Position numbers and translations under genes: made by a program
Notes under the pieces: generated by a model
Seen by the model: the letters and a program-made list of their open reading frames with translations, nothing else
What the model was told of the DNA's origin: nothing
Database searches by the model: none
Part shown: piece after piece, positions 13,661 through 25,528 of the stretch
Layout: each line of letters begins with the position of its first letter
Numbering within the stretch: the first letter of the stretch is position 1
NCBI RefSeq assembly: GCF_003704095.1
Contig: NW_020843601.1
Coordinates: 186,001 to 250,000, forward strand
Direction: 5' to 3'
DNA: 64,000 nt
Origin: Pocillopora damicornis
Taxonomy: Eukaryota

Positions 13661-15437
13661 ATGACGGCAACTTGCTCTCTTTTATTTCTGTCTTTTGTTG
13701 TGTTTAGGACAGTTTTTGCTCAAGGGGATATTGTGTGGACACCATCAGAATGTCGTAGGGTGAGGTTTCTTCTCTGTTTCGTTTATTAAGACATTCTAAG
13801 TGAACATATTCCTGCTGACGCTACTTATTCTGTGTCTTGTGAATAACAGACCTTTTAGAAGACAACAATCTAGGCCATTTTCTGGTAAAGCCAACAGTTT
13901 CTTAGAGAGAGTTTAATGTAAACATATTTCCAAATGGAAACCATTTACAGAAAATTATACACTCGATAACAAAATCTTTAGCCGATCTTTAGCTCGGCAT
14001 TCCATATACTCACCCTTCCCCTCCTTGGGTTGGCACCCCCTCTCCTGTTTCTAAATGACGCAGGTATGATACGATATACGGAAAAATAAGCGCTGAGTCA
14101 AACACCCGTGGAGCGTGACTCTTGCACCGTAAAACTTATTAGTTTCTATAGGTAGTTTCTCAACCCAGTTTGCTCTTCTGGTAAGGGAGAATTTGATCCT
14201 CAATCACAAAAAAAGGCAAGTATTAATGTAACTTTTTTTTGCAGATGATGGAGTCGTGCGAGCTACTTTCCGGTCTTCCAGGACCCCCCGGATCAATTGG
14301 ACTCAAAGGTTTTAAAGGGACCCGGGGATCAAGTGGTCCACTTGGCGACAGAGGGTTTCCGGGAGAGCCCGGTGATTCCCCACAGGGAGGTGGTGGATTT
14401 CCCGTGAAAGGAGCAAAAGGGGACCTTGGAGAAGAAGGAGCAAAAGGAGCAAACGGGTTGAAGGGGGAACCAGGGATACCCGGAGCGTCAGGGGCGCTGG
14501 GATCATGGGGACCTCCGGGAATATCGGGAGACAGAGGAGCAGTTGGCGAGACTGGACCCCGCGGGATCAATGGAGACCCTGGAGTGAGCGAGCTGAACTG
14601 GAAACAATGTGTGTTCAAACCAGATATCAATACAACACGAGGAGAATTGTCTGTAAGTACAAAGACGTACTCCAACGATTGAAGTTCAAGATTCCTCACT
14701 TTCCTGATGTACGGGCAAAATAACTGACTTACTAACTGACTGATCAACTGACTGACTGTCTGACTAACTGAAAAACTGACTGACTGACCGACAGGCTGAC
14801 TGATTGGTCGGTCAACCAACCGACCGACCAACCGATTGACTGACTGGCTGACAGACCAACTGACTTTCTGCCCTAACTTCCTAAGCAACTGACCAACTGA
14901 CTGAACGTCCAACCGACTTAGTAAAAGACCGAATGTCTGAAGTACTGACTGAGTGAAACGCACGCCGTCTTTTTTAATATTTTGTCACCTGGGGTACTTG
15001 AAGTCGATATGACACGACTCAGCTTGATCTCATCTTCATTTTATCCTTTCTGTTTCTAGTTCTGCTCGTTTTTAAAAATGCGCAGCGATACTTCACTTCA
15101 TGTTACTTACCAGGGTGAGACACATATCGGTCTGTGCAAGACCTGTTGCAAGACTTGGCACTTCACCTTTGACAACTTGACGTGTACCGACCCTGGAAAC
15201 ATCAACGCTGTGTTCAGCGCCTTGAACTTACTTACTGGTGGTGAAAGAAGTTCTCTTCCAACGTTTATGCACGGAACGATCTCCGGGTATTGCAACTCAG
15301 TCCCTAGGGGCTTGGTTCGCGTAGGGATCTCACTGGATGATTGCCCCGGATATCCCAGGGACCAGGAGAATATATCCACCATTATGCAGCCTAACAGTCG
15401 GCTGATCATTCAGGAAGTTCCCGCCCCACAATTTTAA
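13661..15437 (+). CDS. CTHRC1-like secreted collagen protein B
   Basis: Exons 13661-13759 (MTATCSLLFLSFVVFRTVFAQGDIVWTPSECRR), 14245-14652 (collagen then NWKQCVF) and 15060-15437 (FCSFLKMRSDTSLHVTYQG...CKTCCKTWHFTF...SRLIIQEV). Confidence 0.9.
14721..14955. repeat. Degenerate (ACTG/ACCG)n tetranucleotide microsatellite in intron 2 of CTHRC1-like B
   Basis: taactgacttactaactgactgatcaactgactgactg...accgaccgaccaaccg. Confidence 0.85.
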
Positions 15438-15539
15438 ATATGAGAGTATTATTAAAAACGCTTGATTAAAAAGTGCTTCCTAGTTCTGGAATTTAATTCA
15501 AGTTGATTTGAATTTTGCTACAACTTTTTAGGTGCGTTG

Positions 15540-15678
15540 CATTGTCAGTATCTAAATAACTGCGCACCAGCCCCTCCCCTAACCCAGCATTAAACCTAAC
15601 TTGTTATCAGTCGACAAGGGGTGAGAAGGGGTGGGGAGGTGTGGGTGCGCAGTTCCTCAGATCCTGACATTAATCCAC
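15540..15678. mobile_element. Degenerate copy of the hairpin MITE seen intact at 58791
   Basis: gtcagtatct...ctgcgcacc..cccctcccctaacc ... gggtgcgcagttcctcagatcctgacattaatcc. Further copies at ~45928-46045 and ~58962-59018. Confidence 0.7.
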
Positions 15679-16981
15679 GTTTTTTTAATAGATATTTAAG
15701 TAAGTAACACGCAAGCTCACAATTATACACCCTAAGAGTAACAGAGTGGTGAACGTTGCTTATTTCAGCTGTTCTCTGTAAGACTAAAAACGATCCAACA
15801 AGTTTCTTGGGAAGTTTTAAGATATATTTTAAGATATATAAACAAGCTGCATTCAATCGCGCTTCTTAGGCGTTATTAAAGGGTTCAGAGATTTTTACCC
15901 AGGCCAGGAATGAAAAGTTTCATCCAGATTCTGTAGTTTATTTTTTCATTAAAAAACTCTAAGAATCATCATTTTTGTATTGCCTTAGATTAGAACGAGT
16001 CTAAACTGAGCAGGTTGAGTTGACCTGTGAAGGAAAAGCGGGAAATGTTTTTCTTATTTCACAATGCCCAGTACCACTCTGCCATGACACTAATTACGCA
16101 CAAAAAAAGTACAATGCAGCTCTTCCTTTGACCCTTTTAATTCCAAGATTGCATCAGTAATTCTCCTTACTGTCTGCCGTACAATTCTTTTAATGTTAGT
16201 TCAGAGAATTTGGTATTGGATCCACGTCAAAACTTAAATAAGGTCATTTCGGCTTCCCGCCGGCACGGGTTATGACAAATCTCCCGGCCCCACCCCACTC
16301 CTACAGTTTTTTATCCCTTCCCTCCCTGCCACCCAATCACACTTCATTTCGTGACTTAACAGGAAAAGATTAACTCTCTTTAAGAATAAAAAAAAAATTA
16401 ACTGTTGGAAGCCGACATTTGACACAGAGCCCACATGCTGAAGATTATAATCTTTCACCAAACATGCTCCGTGGGTTTTCATCATTCAGATAATCACACA
16501 AGACTTTGAATACAGAGGTGAGTATCTTTACAGCGAATGTTATTTTTGCGTAATATTTTTCACCGTTATCAAAAATATTTTGATTCGTTTTCAGCTCTTG
16601 CGCTATGGTTGGACCACTTTATGCTCGCATACAAATTTACTAGTCCAATGTTTACAGATGGCTTGTAGCCAGACTGTTAAATTTCGATTTTGCAACTCAA
16701 TTTTCTACGATTTTCGTTGCGTCAGGCTGTATTGTTCCCATTTGTTGTTCAATTACAGATACGGCTGCCCGCGAATGACAGAGCGCACTTTCTTTAGCGC
16801 AAATCGTTTCAATCCACGCGTGTTTTCGCGCGTGCATTTGTCTCTCCCGCACACGAAGTGCGAAATGTCTGTCGATATCTTTCACATTGTGCGTCCAAAT
16901 TTACTGTTATTGATTATTTCAAAAAAATTCATTTTCCAATACTTTCAGTTGATTATATTGTTTGCTTCTACTTCTCAGGCG

Positions 16982-19467
16982 ATGGCAAGAATTCTGGAGT
17001 TGATAATTTTCTTATCCGTTTGTCAAGCAGTTCATACTCAAAGCAAAATTCGTTGGGGAAAATTACTGTGTGAACAGGTAAGATACAACGACAGAACGTA
17101 GGGTTCCTGTGGTGTCCATCTGTGATATCTTTTTTTAGCCAAAAAATGCAAAACTTATAATTCAGGTCCGCGAAAACGCGCAAATCTGGAGAAATTTATC
17201 AATTTCATAACTCTCGAGTATGATAGCCACATATATTATCTTTACAGTCTTGACACACCGTTCAAAAGTCAGGTTTTGAGGGGTAAAAAATATCGGTTTA
17301 ACTGGGGGTATCTGGTAGGATAAAACACCAAATTCTAAAGACTAACGAACAAAGACACGTATTTGCTTCTGTTGGAAGAAATAATCTTTCTAATTGCTCC
17401 TGGGAGTTGAAGGATCGAATGCCCTATCTTAAAGGGGAGAGAAACCATGGGAGGGTTCGAGAAGGACAGAAGACGGCCAAAAACTGGGAAATAGAGAAAA
17501 GATGTCAAAATCTTATTGCATCAGAAAAAACAGAGTGAAAGAGAAAAAAAATAACAGAAAGATTTTGACAGGAGGTAAGTTCATATGCTATCATAATGAA
17601 ATGGAAATTTCATCATCGCAGAAAGTAATTGATCAACCATATCAATAGTTTGCACTTTATTTCCCTTCCTTTCACCTTTTCATCCACCTTTCTTTATCCA
17701 ATAACAGGTAGAGACTAAATGCAAGAAAGACTTCATCGGATCTCCCGGACCCCGTGGGCCCATCGGAATTCCGGGACCAACAGGGCCATCTGGGAGGAAA
17801 GGAATAAGGGGCCAAAAAGGTGCTAAGGGATCCAGTTATATCGTGGACCCCTTTCCACTTATTGGGCCTAAAGGGAGGAAAGGCGAACCAGGTAATATAA
17901 TTTTTCACTATTCTCATTACTGGTGTATATGAAGTGTTGCTACGAAAGAAAATGAAAAAGTGATCTAAACATGTTAACAATAGATGAGCATTTCTTTAAT
18001 ACCCTTTTGTGGGAAACAAACGAAAAATAGGACAAGTATCCACGTATAAGATAGTTACCTTTTTTCTTTAATCGCAGGCCTTCCTGGTATACGAGGGCCC
18101 AAAGGATTCCCTGGGAATAAGGGATTCAGAGGAACCCGGGGGGAACAGGGAGTCCGTGGACCTAAGGGGGACAAAGGGTCCCGCGGATTTCCTGGCATAG
18201 AAGGACCGAAAGGTCAGCCGGGAAGATCTGGATCAATCTACAGCTGGAAGACTTGTACATGGGACCATGATCCTCTGCAACAGTACGGGCTGCTCAAGGT
18301 TAGTCTTCTACTATTGTACATTTGGGTACAACCTTTTTACACGCTTCACAAATATAAAGTTTTGATGGAGCTCCTCTTTGTGAAGAATCACTACAACGAG
18401 TTTTAACTGTACTCGAAAGCAGGTGATATTCTGTGTTAAGGTGTCCTGTGTTACGGAGGTGCCCTGTGTACCACGCGCATAAAAACAAGAATCACGAACG
18501 ACTAGCTTAGTTTATTCTTTTGAACGGGCGTGTTCTGGATAGGCCGAGGTTTAGCTACGGACGAATTGAATATGTGCGAGCAGTCTGGAATCGTAATTCT
18601 CAGTATTAGAAACGATTTAGGCTTCAATGAGGTTCAAACCCGTGCGTCCTACCTTCTTATCAAGTACTTCTATTAGCCTATTCCAGACGTTTAGCAAAGC
18701 GAAACGAGGTGCGATTGTAGCGTACGTTCGGTTTGGGTACGCGTCTCTACGTGACCCGACTCGACCCAAGCCTCCCTGATGTGTTTTCACATCTTTGCTA
18801 CTATCGCGTCGTTTACTAGCGCACTTTGCTTTGCGTCCCGGTGATTAAAAACCACCATCGTTCTCACGACATTTCAAAATTATTTCGGTGCAGGTTATTT
18901 TTATCGCCCAGTAGAGTAGTGGAGTGGGAGGGTTTAGGGTTTCAGGGGGGGTTATATAGTTTTCAGTGGGGACGGAGGGACGATCAGTCGTCGCCAAGGG
19001 AACAGGTAAACTTTATCGTGACAAAATCAAAAACTTCTCACCCCCTCTCCCCCTCCGTCCCGTCAATAAATAATGACCAATCCCTTACAATGTTGTCTCC
19101 TGTCTTTCTTCAGGAATGTGTCTTCACAAAACAAAGTAATCTGAGTTTCTTGCACGTGATCTTTGAAGGGAGCATGCGCGTCGGCTTCTGCAATTCTTGC
19201 TGCAAGCGGTGGTTCTTTGCATTTAACGACCTCGAGTGTGAAAACGCTAACATAGAAGCCAGGCTACAAGGCACCAAGGAATTCGCAGGAATGGAATATC
19301 GTCACGTGAGACTCGAAGGTTACTGCGCAGTCCCCGCTGGGGAGGTGTTGGTGGAATTATGGGTGCAGGATTGTTTTGGCCATCAGAGAACATCGAAAGT
19401 TCCGTTCGTAAAAGTTGATTTGAGTCCTCGAGTTACTGTTGAAGAGATTAGTTTGAGTGATGTATAA
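16982..19467 (+). CDS. CTHRC1-like secreted collagen protein C
   Basis: Exons 16982-17077 ([32 protein letters not shown]), 17708-17891, 18078-18298 (collagen then SWKTCTW) and 19114-19467 ([22 protein letters not shown]...[10 protein letters not shown]...EGYC...RVTVEEI). An acceptor just before the ATG suggests an upstream UTR exon. Confidence 0.9.
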
Positions 19468-20061
19468 AAACATTGTCTGAGGACTTTTTAACTGGATTGT
19501 TGTATCGTGGAAAGATCAGTTCTCTCTTACTATATCATAAAAGAGGAAATAAAACTATGTTGCATCCTTTCAGTGCAATTATTTCTATATTTCTTGTGCG
19601 TCAATGTTTTGGTTAGTGTATCTCGTATACATCTATCTAGCTCAGAGTCCTTAAATTCCCGGAAAGTAAAACAAATACCGGCAAGGACCAGATTGACACC
19701 CAAGATGTCCGTTAAATACATACATCCCATTCAATGGTTAGGCATATGATACGCGTGGATATTTTGCGAGTTGCGTGGTATTTTTTCGAGCTCCGAAGAG
19801 GCGAGGAAAAATACGAGCAAAATATCCGCTTTTATTATTTGTTGAAACATCAAACAAGAGATATATTATTCCACTATTATCATCTAATTGCAGAAAGTAG
19901 AGTACAAATACCGCGCGAGTAGAGTACAAATATCCTGCGATATTGTACGGTTATTTGAACAGTTGGTTATTTTATAAAAACCTGTTTAACGCGCGCGCTA
20001 CGCTTCTCTATTCGCTTTGCTTTTCTCGCCTTATAAGAAATGAGCAGAAAGATTTAGCAGA

Positions 20062-20560
20062 AAAAATTCCAAGCAGTATGCAGGACGCGTGTCATATAAA
20101 CCTCGTAATAGACCTTATTCTCTGTGGAGTCTCTGTGGCCCTGTGGTAAAGCATCGGAGCGTGGAATCCGAAGCTCTGAGGTTCGTTTCCTCGTGCGGAC
20201 TCAGAATTTTCATTTATCCCACCCTTTTAACAAGAAGAAAAAAATATTTCTCTATTTCTTTACTGAGCTCAAAACTTATCATCTTTTTATTCTATCTACC
20301 AACATGACGCTATTGACATCGCTGATCCAAGCAGTATGCAGAACGCGTGTTACATGAATTCGTAATTATAGACCTCGCTCACCGTAGGGTCTCTGTAGCT
20401 CGGTGGTGGAGCATCGGAGCACGGAATCCGAAGACCTTAGGTTCAGTTCCTCATGGGGACTCAGAATTTTTTCTTCATCTCACGCTCGTGACAAGACGAA
20501 AAAACATCTTTCTCTATTTCTTTACCGAACTCAAAACTTACCATCTCTGTTCCTCTATTT
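20062..20560 (+). mobile_element. Two tandem units of a ~250-bp tRNA-derived (SINE-like) repeat
   Basis: Each unit has a tRNA-like core gtctctgt(g/a)gc..gtggt..agcatcggagc..ggaatccgaag...aggttc..ttcctc.tg.ggactc with A/B boxes and an abnormal anticodon loop. Other copies at ~21000-21100 (truncated), ~23025-23160 and ~28790-29062. Confidence 0.75.
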
Positions 20561-21368
20561 ACTGTCGCGGAATCAAGAGGACTGTATACTTCTTTGTTTT
20601 CTAAACGCGTTTATTTTCTTCCACCACTTCTGACAATCTGAACATACTAACACTCTAACGATCTAAAACCAATCTCTATTACAATTCAGTGCTACTTCGT
20701 TTTACAGTTCTAGTTGCGAAATAAAGTAATTTTCCCACAATCATGAGTTCAGTAAATTCCCAATCCCAAAGTACTGTAATATACCCTATTTTAGTTGCAA
20801 TTTCACAATTACACGTTTCTTTCCCTTATTTAGTTCACTGTACGCATGCAAATCAGTGTTGAACTTTGTTTACAACGTTGTGAAATATCATGTCACGAAA
20901 TCTTCCTATTCGCGTTACAATCAGTCTAGTATTTCGTTACATTGTGTGACAATTTATAACATTAATCATTCATTATAAAGAAATCGTTCTCGACATTTAC
21001 AAACATGACGCTATCGACACTGCTGATCCCAGCAGTATACAGGATGCGTGTCATGTGAACTTCGTAATAGGTATGTCTCACCGTAGAGTCTCTGTGGCTC
21101 GAAAAGTTCGCTACAATTCATTATTTTTGTCTAACGAAGACTACTTAATAGTATAGGGTACTTCTGGGAGACTGGGACCCAATGATTATCATGCGAAAAA
21201 CATCAGTTATTTTGATATCATACATTTTCGGACGGTTTTGCAAAGTTCTCTATTAATTATCTCATCCTTGTTTTATTAGTTCCCTTCTTCCTCCCTCTTT
21301 GAGGATCTGATTCATACGCTAAGAATAAAAGATCCTGGGGACAAATTTATTTTGAGCGTGCGCTTCAC

Positions 21369-21420
21369 ATCACATGATGTCACGTGATGTCACATGATGT
21401 CACGCAACACCATATAAGAA
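21369..21420 (+). promoter_or_regulatory. Tandem 10-bp-phased E-box/CLEAR-like motifs followed by a TATA-like box upstream of NPC2-like 1
   Basis: at cacatgatgt cacgtgatgt cacatgatgt cacgca...catataagaa, ending ~65 bp before the ATG. Confidence 0.6.
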
Positions 21421-21484
21421 TAACTTTCGTTCGCCGTTTGGATCAAACCTTGTGCTGCAAGCTGTTACTGAAACAGAGCTGAAA

Positions 21485-21988
21485 ATGGCTGTAAAGGAAT
21501 TAAAAGTCGTCCTGTTATACCTTGTGGCGTTTACTTTTTCTTCGGTAGCTGGAAAAATTATTCATGTCAACAAGTGCCCTGAGGAAACACAAGCGTATGG
21601 AACTGTTGTTTCTGTCGACATCACACCGTGTCCGAGCGAACCATGCGTTTTCAAGAAAGGAAGCGTTGCGAATGGCACGATAACATTCAAATCCCAAGAG
21701 CAAATAACAAATGATAGTTTGATAAAGGTGTATGGAAAACTTCCTTCTCTTCCCTGGTTGCCTTTCCCACTGGATCAACCAAAAGCATGCACTGGCCATG
21801 GACTTGAATGTCCGTTGAAGCCCAACGTCGAATACAAGACAGTCATTTCGCTCGAGATAAAGGATGCGTACCCGAGCACTCAACTGATAGCGAAAATGGA
21901 GATGCTCGACCAAAATGGCAAGTACGTGTTTTGCTTTGAATTCCCGGCAAGAATCGCAAGCTCGTCTGAAATAATTGTTAGCAATTAA
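21485..21988 (+). CDS. Intronless NPC2-like (ML domain) sterol-binding protein 1, 167 aa
   Basis: Signal peptide; six Cys in the NPC2 pattern (KC, PCPSEPC, ACTGHGLECPL, FCFEFP); NGT sequon; LPFP and IKDAYP motifs. Confidence 0.93.
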   Translation: MAVKELKVVLLYLVAFTFSSVAGKIIHVNKCPEETQAYGTVVSVDITPCPSEPCVFKKGSVANGTITFKSQEQITNDSLIKVYGKLPSLPWLPFPLDQPKACTGHGLECPLKPNVEYKTVISLEIKDAYPSTQLIAKMEMLDQNGKYVFCFEFPARIASSSEIIVSN

Positions 21989-23800
21989 TTTGATCGATTT
22001 GACGCTGTCAACTACAAATGGAACTTTGAACACGACGGGACAAAGTCTTTAATCAAGATTGATCCTGAAGTTAGCAAAAATGTTTATACCTTGATTTCGC
22101 ACAATTTTGGATAGACTTTGACGACGTCTTAGAAAATAGATTTTAAGAAGCTGATTATGTTTAAGTACAAAGACACTAAGAATAACGAATGTTATGTATG
22201 CGCGGTAAAGTATAATTTTTTACCGAACAAGTTTCGGTTTCCGGACACACTAACTCTATTGTCAGTAATTGCATGTTATTTAGTTTGTCGAAAAAAATAA
22301 GCTTCGTAGTGATCAGTGAAAACTTTCTTTAGAGAGAAAAATTAATGTAGTATACCATTAAATCCCTGAAGTTTTTGATAAAAATGTAAAATGCAAACTT
22401 TTGTGAAACATTGAAATCTTTGCATTATTGATGAGCTTTAATATGGACTTAATCACGCAACAGCGCAGGCGATATTTCGGTTTCTCTCTTTATTCTCAGC
22501 CGAATGGATCGTTCAAACGATATTACTTCCTTTAGAAAAATTTTATGGTATAACAGCAGAGATTTCCATCTTTGGTATATTTCCGCTTGTAACTCGTGGC
22601 GAGATCGATTGAGCACGCCCACAGGATAAACCGGATCATAATCACACCACTATCGTACCATCTCTTGAAATCAACGTGTGTTTTCTGGATGCCTCACGTG
22701 GTATTTATGGAAACAATACATGAAGGGACACAAAACCTAGACGCCTTGCGAAGTAATAACAGTAGGTTCGGTTTACACGAGCTTTGCGGCCAACAAGGCT
22801 TTCTCGATAAAATGTCTCGTCTTATCACTTTCCTTCATAAACCTCCTATTTGCAGGAACGAGAGGAAGGACTTTTTAGGTTACTGCAATCTCAGTTTCTA
22901 CGATCGAGTCCTCAGGAATCGAGTGAATAGTTTTTTTCCATGCTCTGCCGCGTGGCCATGTCTTTGTGGATCTCGGTGACGAAGTTCATTAAAATTTTCC
23001 ATGTGTGCAAAGATTGCTTATAAGAAAGCATTGGGGTACGGAATCGGATAGTTTTAGGCTTCATTCCTCGTGGGGACTCCGAGTTTTTTCTTGTCTTTAG
23101 TTTTTTTTTTTTTTGGTCCTACGCCATGCACGCTCGTGACAAGACTAAAAAATATATTTCGCAAGCCCTATTCATGTGGAAATTTACAGTAGAAAAAGCA
23201 AGTGATCGAAAAGTCTACATTTCGTTTATATTTGCAGGCCTCTTGATCCTGAATAGTCTTGAATTGTACGAAATACTAGAGAGCCAAATATTTTTCCGCT
23301 CTGGCGCGTCCTTACTAAGACGATAGGCATTTTATCATACGATTGCTCGTATTTCAACTTCTGTTTCTTGTTCGCTTGCCCTCTCCTGTCTTTTCTTTCT
23401 CCTCCCGTCTCGCCGGAGAGACTCAATAAACAGTCGCTCTTACATGACTGTGAAAACGCTTGAGTTATAGGTAAAAAGGGATTTGCGCAGCTGGTAGACT
23501 TCTGGGCGCTTTTCATCGGCTAATTAAGCATGCAACGTTGTGTTACTCACGTGATTCTTTCAGCAGCGGTATCATGCTACTGTAGCATAACTTACCTTAT
23601 TTATCTAAGAAATCCAGTCTTAATTTTTCGAGTTCTTTCGTCGCAATCTGTTTTAATCTTAACCATCCCAAGTCATTATTAATCCCCTTAGATTTGTTAA
23701 AGAGTATTTCCTACGAACAAATGTTTTGTAGTCTCTTTCAAATTCAACATATAATCGCCTACCGCATCTATAAGTGAAAGATAACAGTGGTCTAGCACGC

Positions 23801-23849
23801 ATGTCACGCCATACGCAATGTCACGCCATACACAATGTCACGCCATACG
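23801..23849 (+). repeat. 3x 17-bp tandem repeat ATGTCACGCCATACRCA
   Basis: Units start at 23801, 23818 and 23835, directly upstream of the NPC2 pseudogene. Confidence 0.9.
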
Positions 23850-23885
23850 GGATATGGCTGAGTCATCTTATGCTCCTTATGAGTC

Positions 23886-24330
23886 AGAAGATACACAAGA
23901 TGTACTAACAGAGGAAAGGCAGTTTGTTCACTGAAATCGGTAAACATCTCTCCCTGTCTGAAGGAACCATGCAATCTCCACAGAGATACCACTGTTAACG
24001 GCACCATCACGTTCAACTTCAACAAAAAAAATCTTTGACGGAGAACTGAGAGTGTATGCAATAGTGCACTCTTACAAGGTTCGCCTTATTTTACCTCAGT
24101 CAAATCCTTATGCCACGCTGTCCCAGGGCCAAAAGTGTCCACTTCAGCCAAGAATCCAGTACAAGGTCGAAATTTACGTTCCGGTTGGGGATGCTCTTCC
24201 TTGGATTCTGTTGGTCGCTGAAATGGCACTTCTCATCATAAATGGAAAGGTGTTAGTTTGCTTTGACATCCAGGTACGAGTCGTTGGAGATGAGCTTCCG
24301 AAAACTGAACAATATTTGAGTTTCAATTAA
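23886..24330 (+). pseudogene. NPC2-like pseudogene (no signal peptide, +1 frameshift, Cys loss)
   Basis: YTRCTNRGKAVCSLKSVNISPCLKEPCNLHRDTTVNGTITFNFN, then a frameshift in the A8 run (24024-24031) into IFDGELRVYAIV...QKCPLQPRIQYKVEI...LVCFDIQVRV. An in-frame TGA lies upstream and there is no in-frame ATG or signal peptide. Confidence 0.8.
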
Positions 24331-25528
24331 TTTTGTATCTGACCGATGACCGCATCTTTTAAAGCGTTGAAAAACCTTGAAGAGTCAGAGTGATCCACAC
24401 ATAAATGATTATAGTGATAACAATAATGACAAGAAATTGTAGGGCCGTTTTTCCGGGCCAAAAAAAGAGGCCGTAATAACGAGCTTAGGCGAGTTTCCAC
24501 TGTATTTCCTATTTTTTATTAACCTCAGTACCCATACACAGCCTGAGTTCCTCAGGCGACGTGAGGCGCACGCTCATTGTAAAGTCCAACTTCTCTCGTG
24601 ATGTAGCTAACGGTGCAAGCGTCTTATCAGCGCGAGCTAACGTTATAATCCCACGATCGTTTATCCGACCGGGCATGTTTGATTTGGAGTTAGAGTGGAC
24701 GGAGAGGGTAGAAGGGCGTGATCTTCACTCCCCACCCTCACCCCTCTCCTTGTTTTTTAACCGTTGACCACCCCCCTTGGTACAAATTTATTTCTCTTCC
24801 AGACCTTCCGCTGCTATTAAAATCAAAGATGGCGGTCATAATTTTCGTTGTGATATTATTGAGCACTCGCTCGCCAAAATTGCGCCTGCTCTGTATGCAA
24901 GCTAGTCGTGATGTACCATCAGTTACAGTTTCACAAGAAAAATATATTCGGCCAGAATTGCTGGACAAGTTTGGATTTCGTGTTATTATTATTAGTCCTA
25001 GAATTAAACTTCACAAAACCTCCTTGCGGAAATTAAAGCTTCGAACAAATTTCAGAAAACGTGATTGATCGTGAACAACTAAGTACTTGAAAATATTTGC
25101 CTGGGAAAAACCGTGCATGCATGTTTTGATCTTATTCACGTGTAAATCTTCACCTGTAGAAATGCTAAGAAAACTACACGACACTGAACTGAAAATATAC
25201 CTCAATCCTCACTCCTAACATCAAGTGCTTATTCTCTTAACCTATTTCTACATATTTTCTGATATGAAAGTTTTGAGAATTTGGTATTTTATCCCAGAAT
25301 GCTGTTGCTGGGTTGATCACGTTCAATGTTTTCGTCGCACTCGTTTGGACAGCGTGGAGGTTGATCTTCTGATTTGCCGGCCTACATCTCATGACCAGCG
25401 CAAGTTCGATGATGAGAACTTTGAGTCATGAGCAAGAGTAATCCTAGCGTAGGAACCTTTGCAGTGATCAGTGGAGGTAAAATTCTATCGAGCTGCTGCA
25501 GTTGACAGTCAGTTATTTTTACTTGAGC

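Noticed and set aside
14223-14963. 246-aa minus-strand ORF
   Set aside because: It is the antisense of the collagen exon plus a stop-free microsatellite (SVSQ-type repeats).
20130-20462. Functional tRNA genes
   Set aside because: The anticodon loop is abnormal, stems are mismatched and differ among copies, and the module is embedded in a larger repeat. Treated as tRNA-derived.
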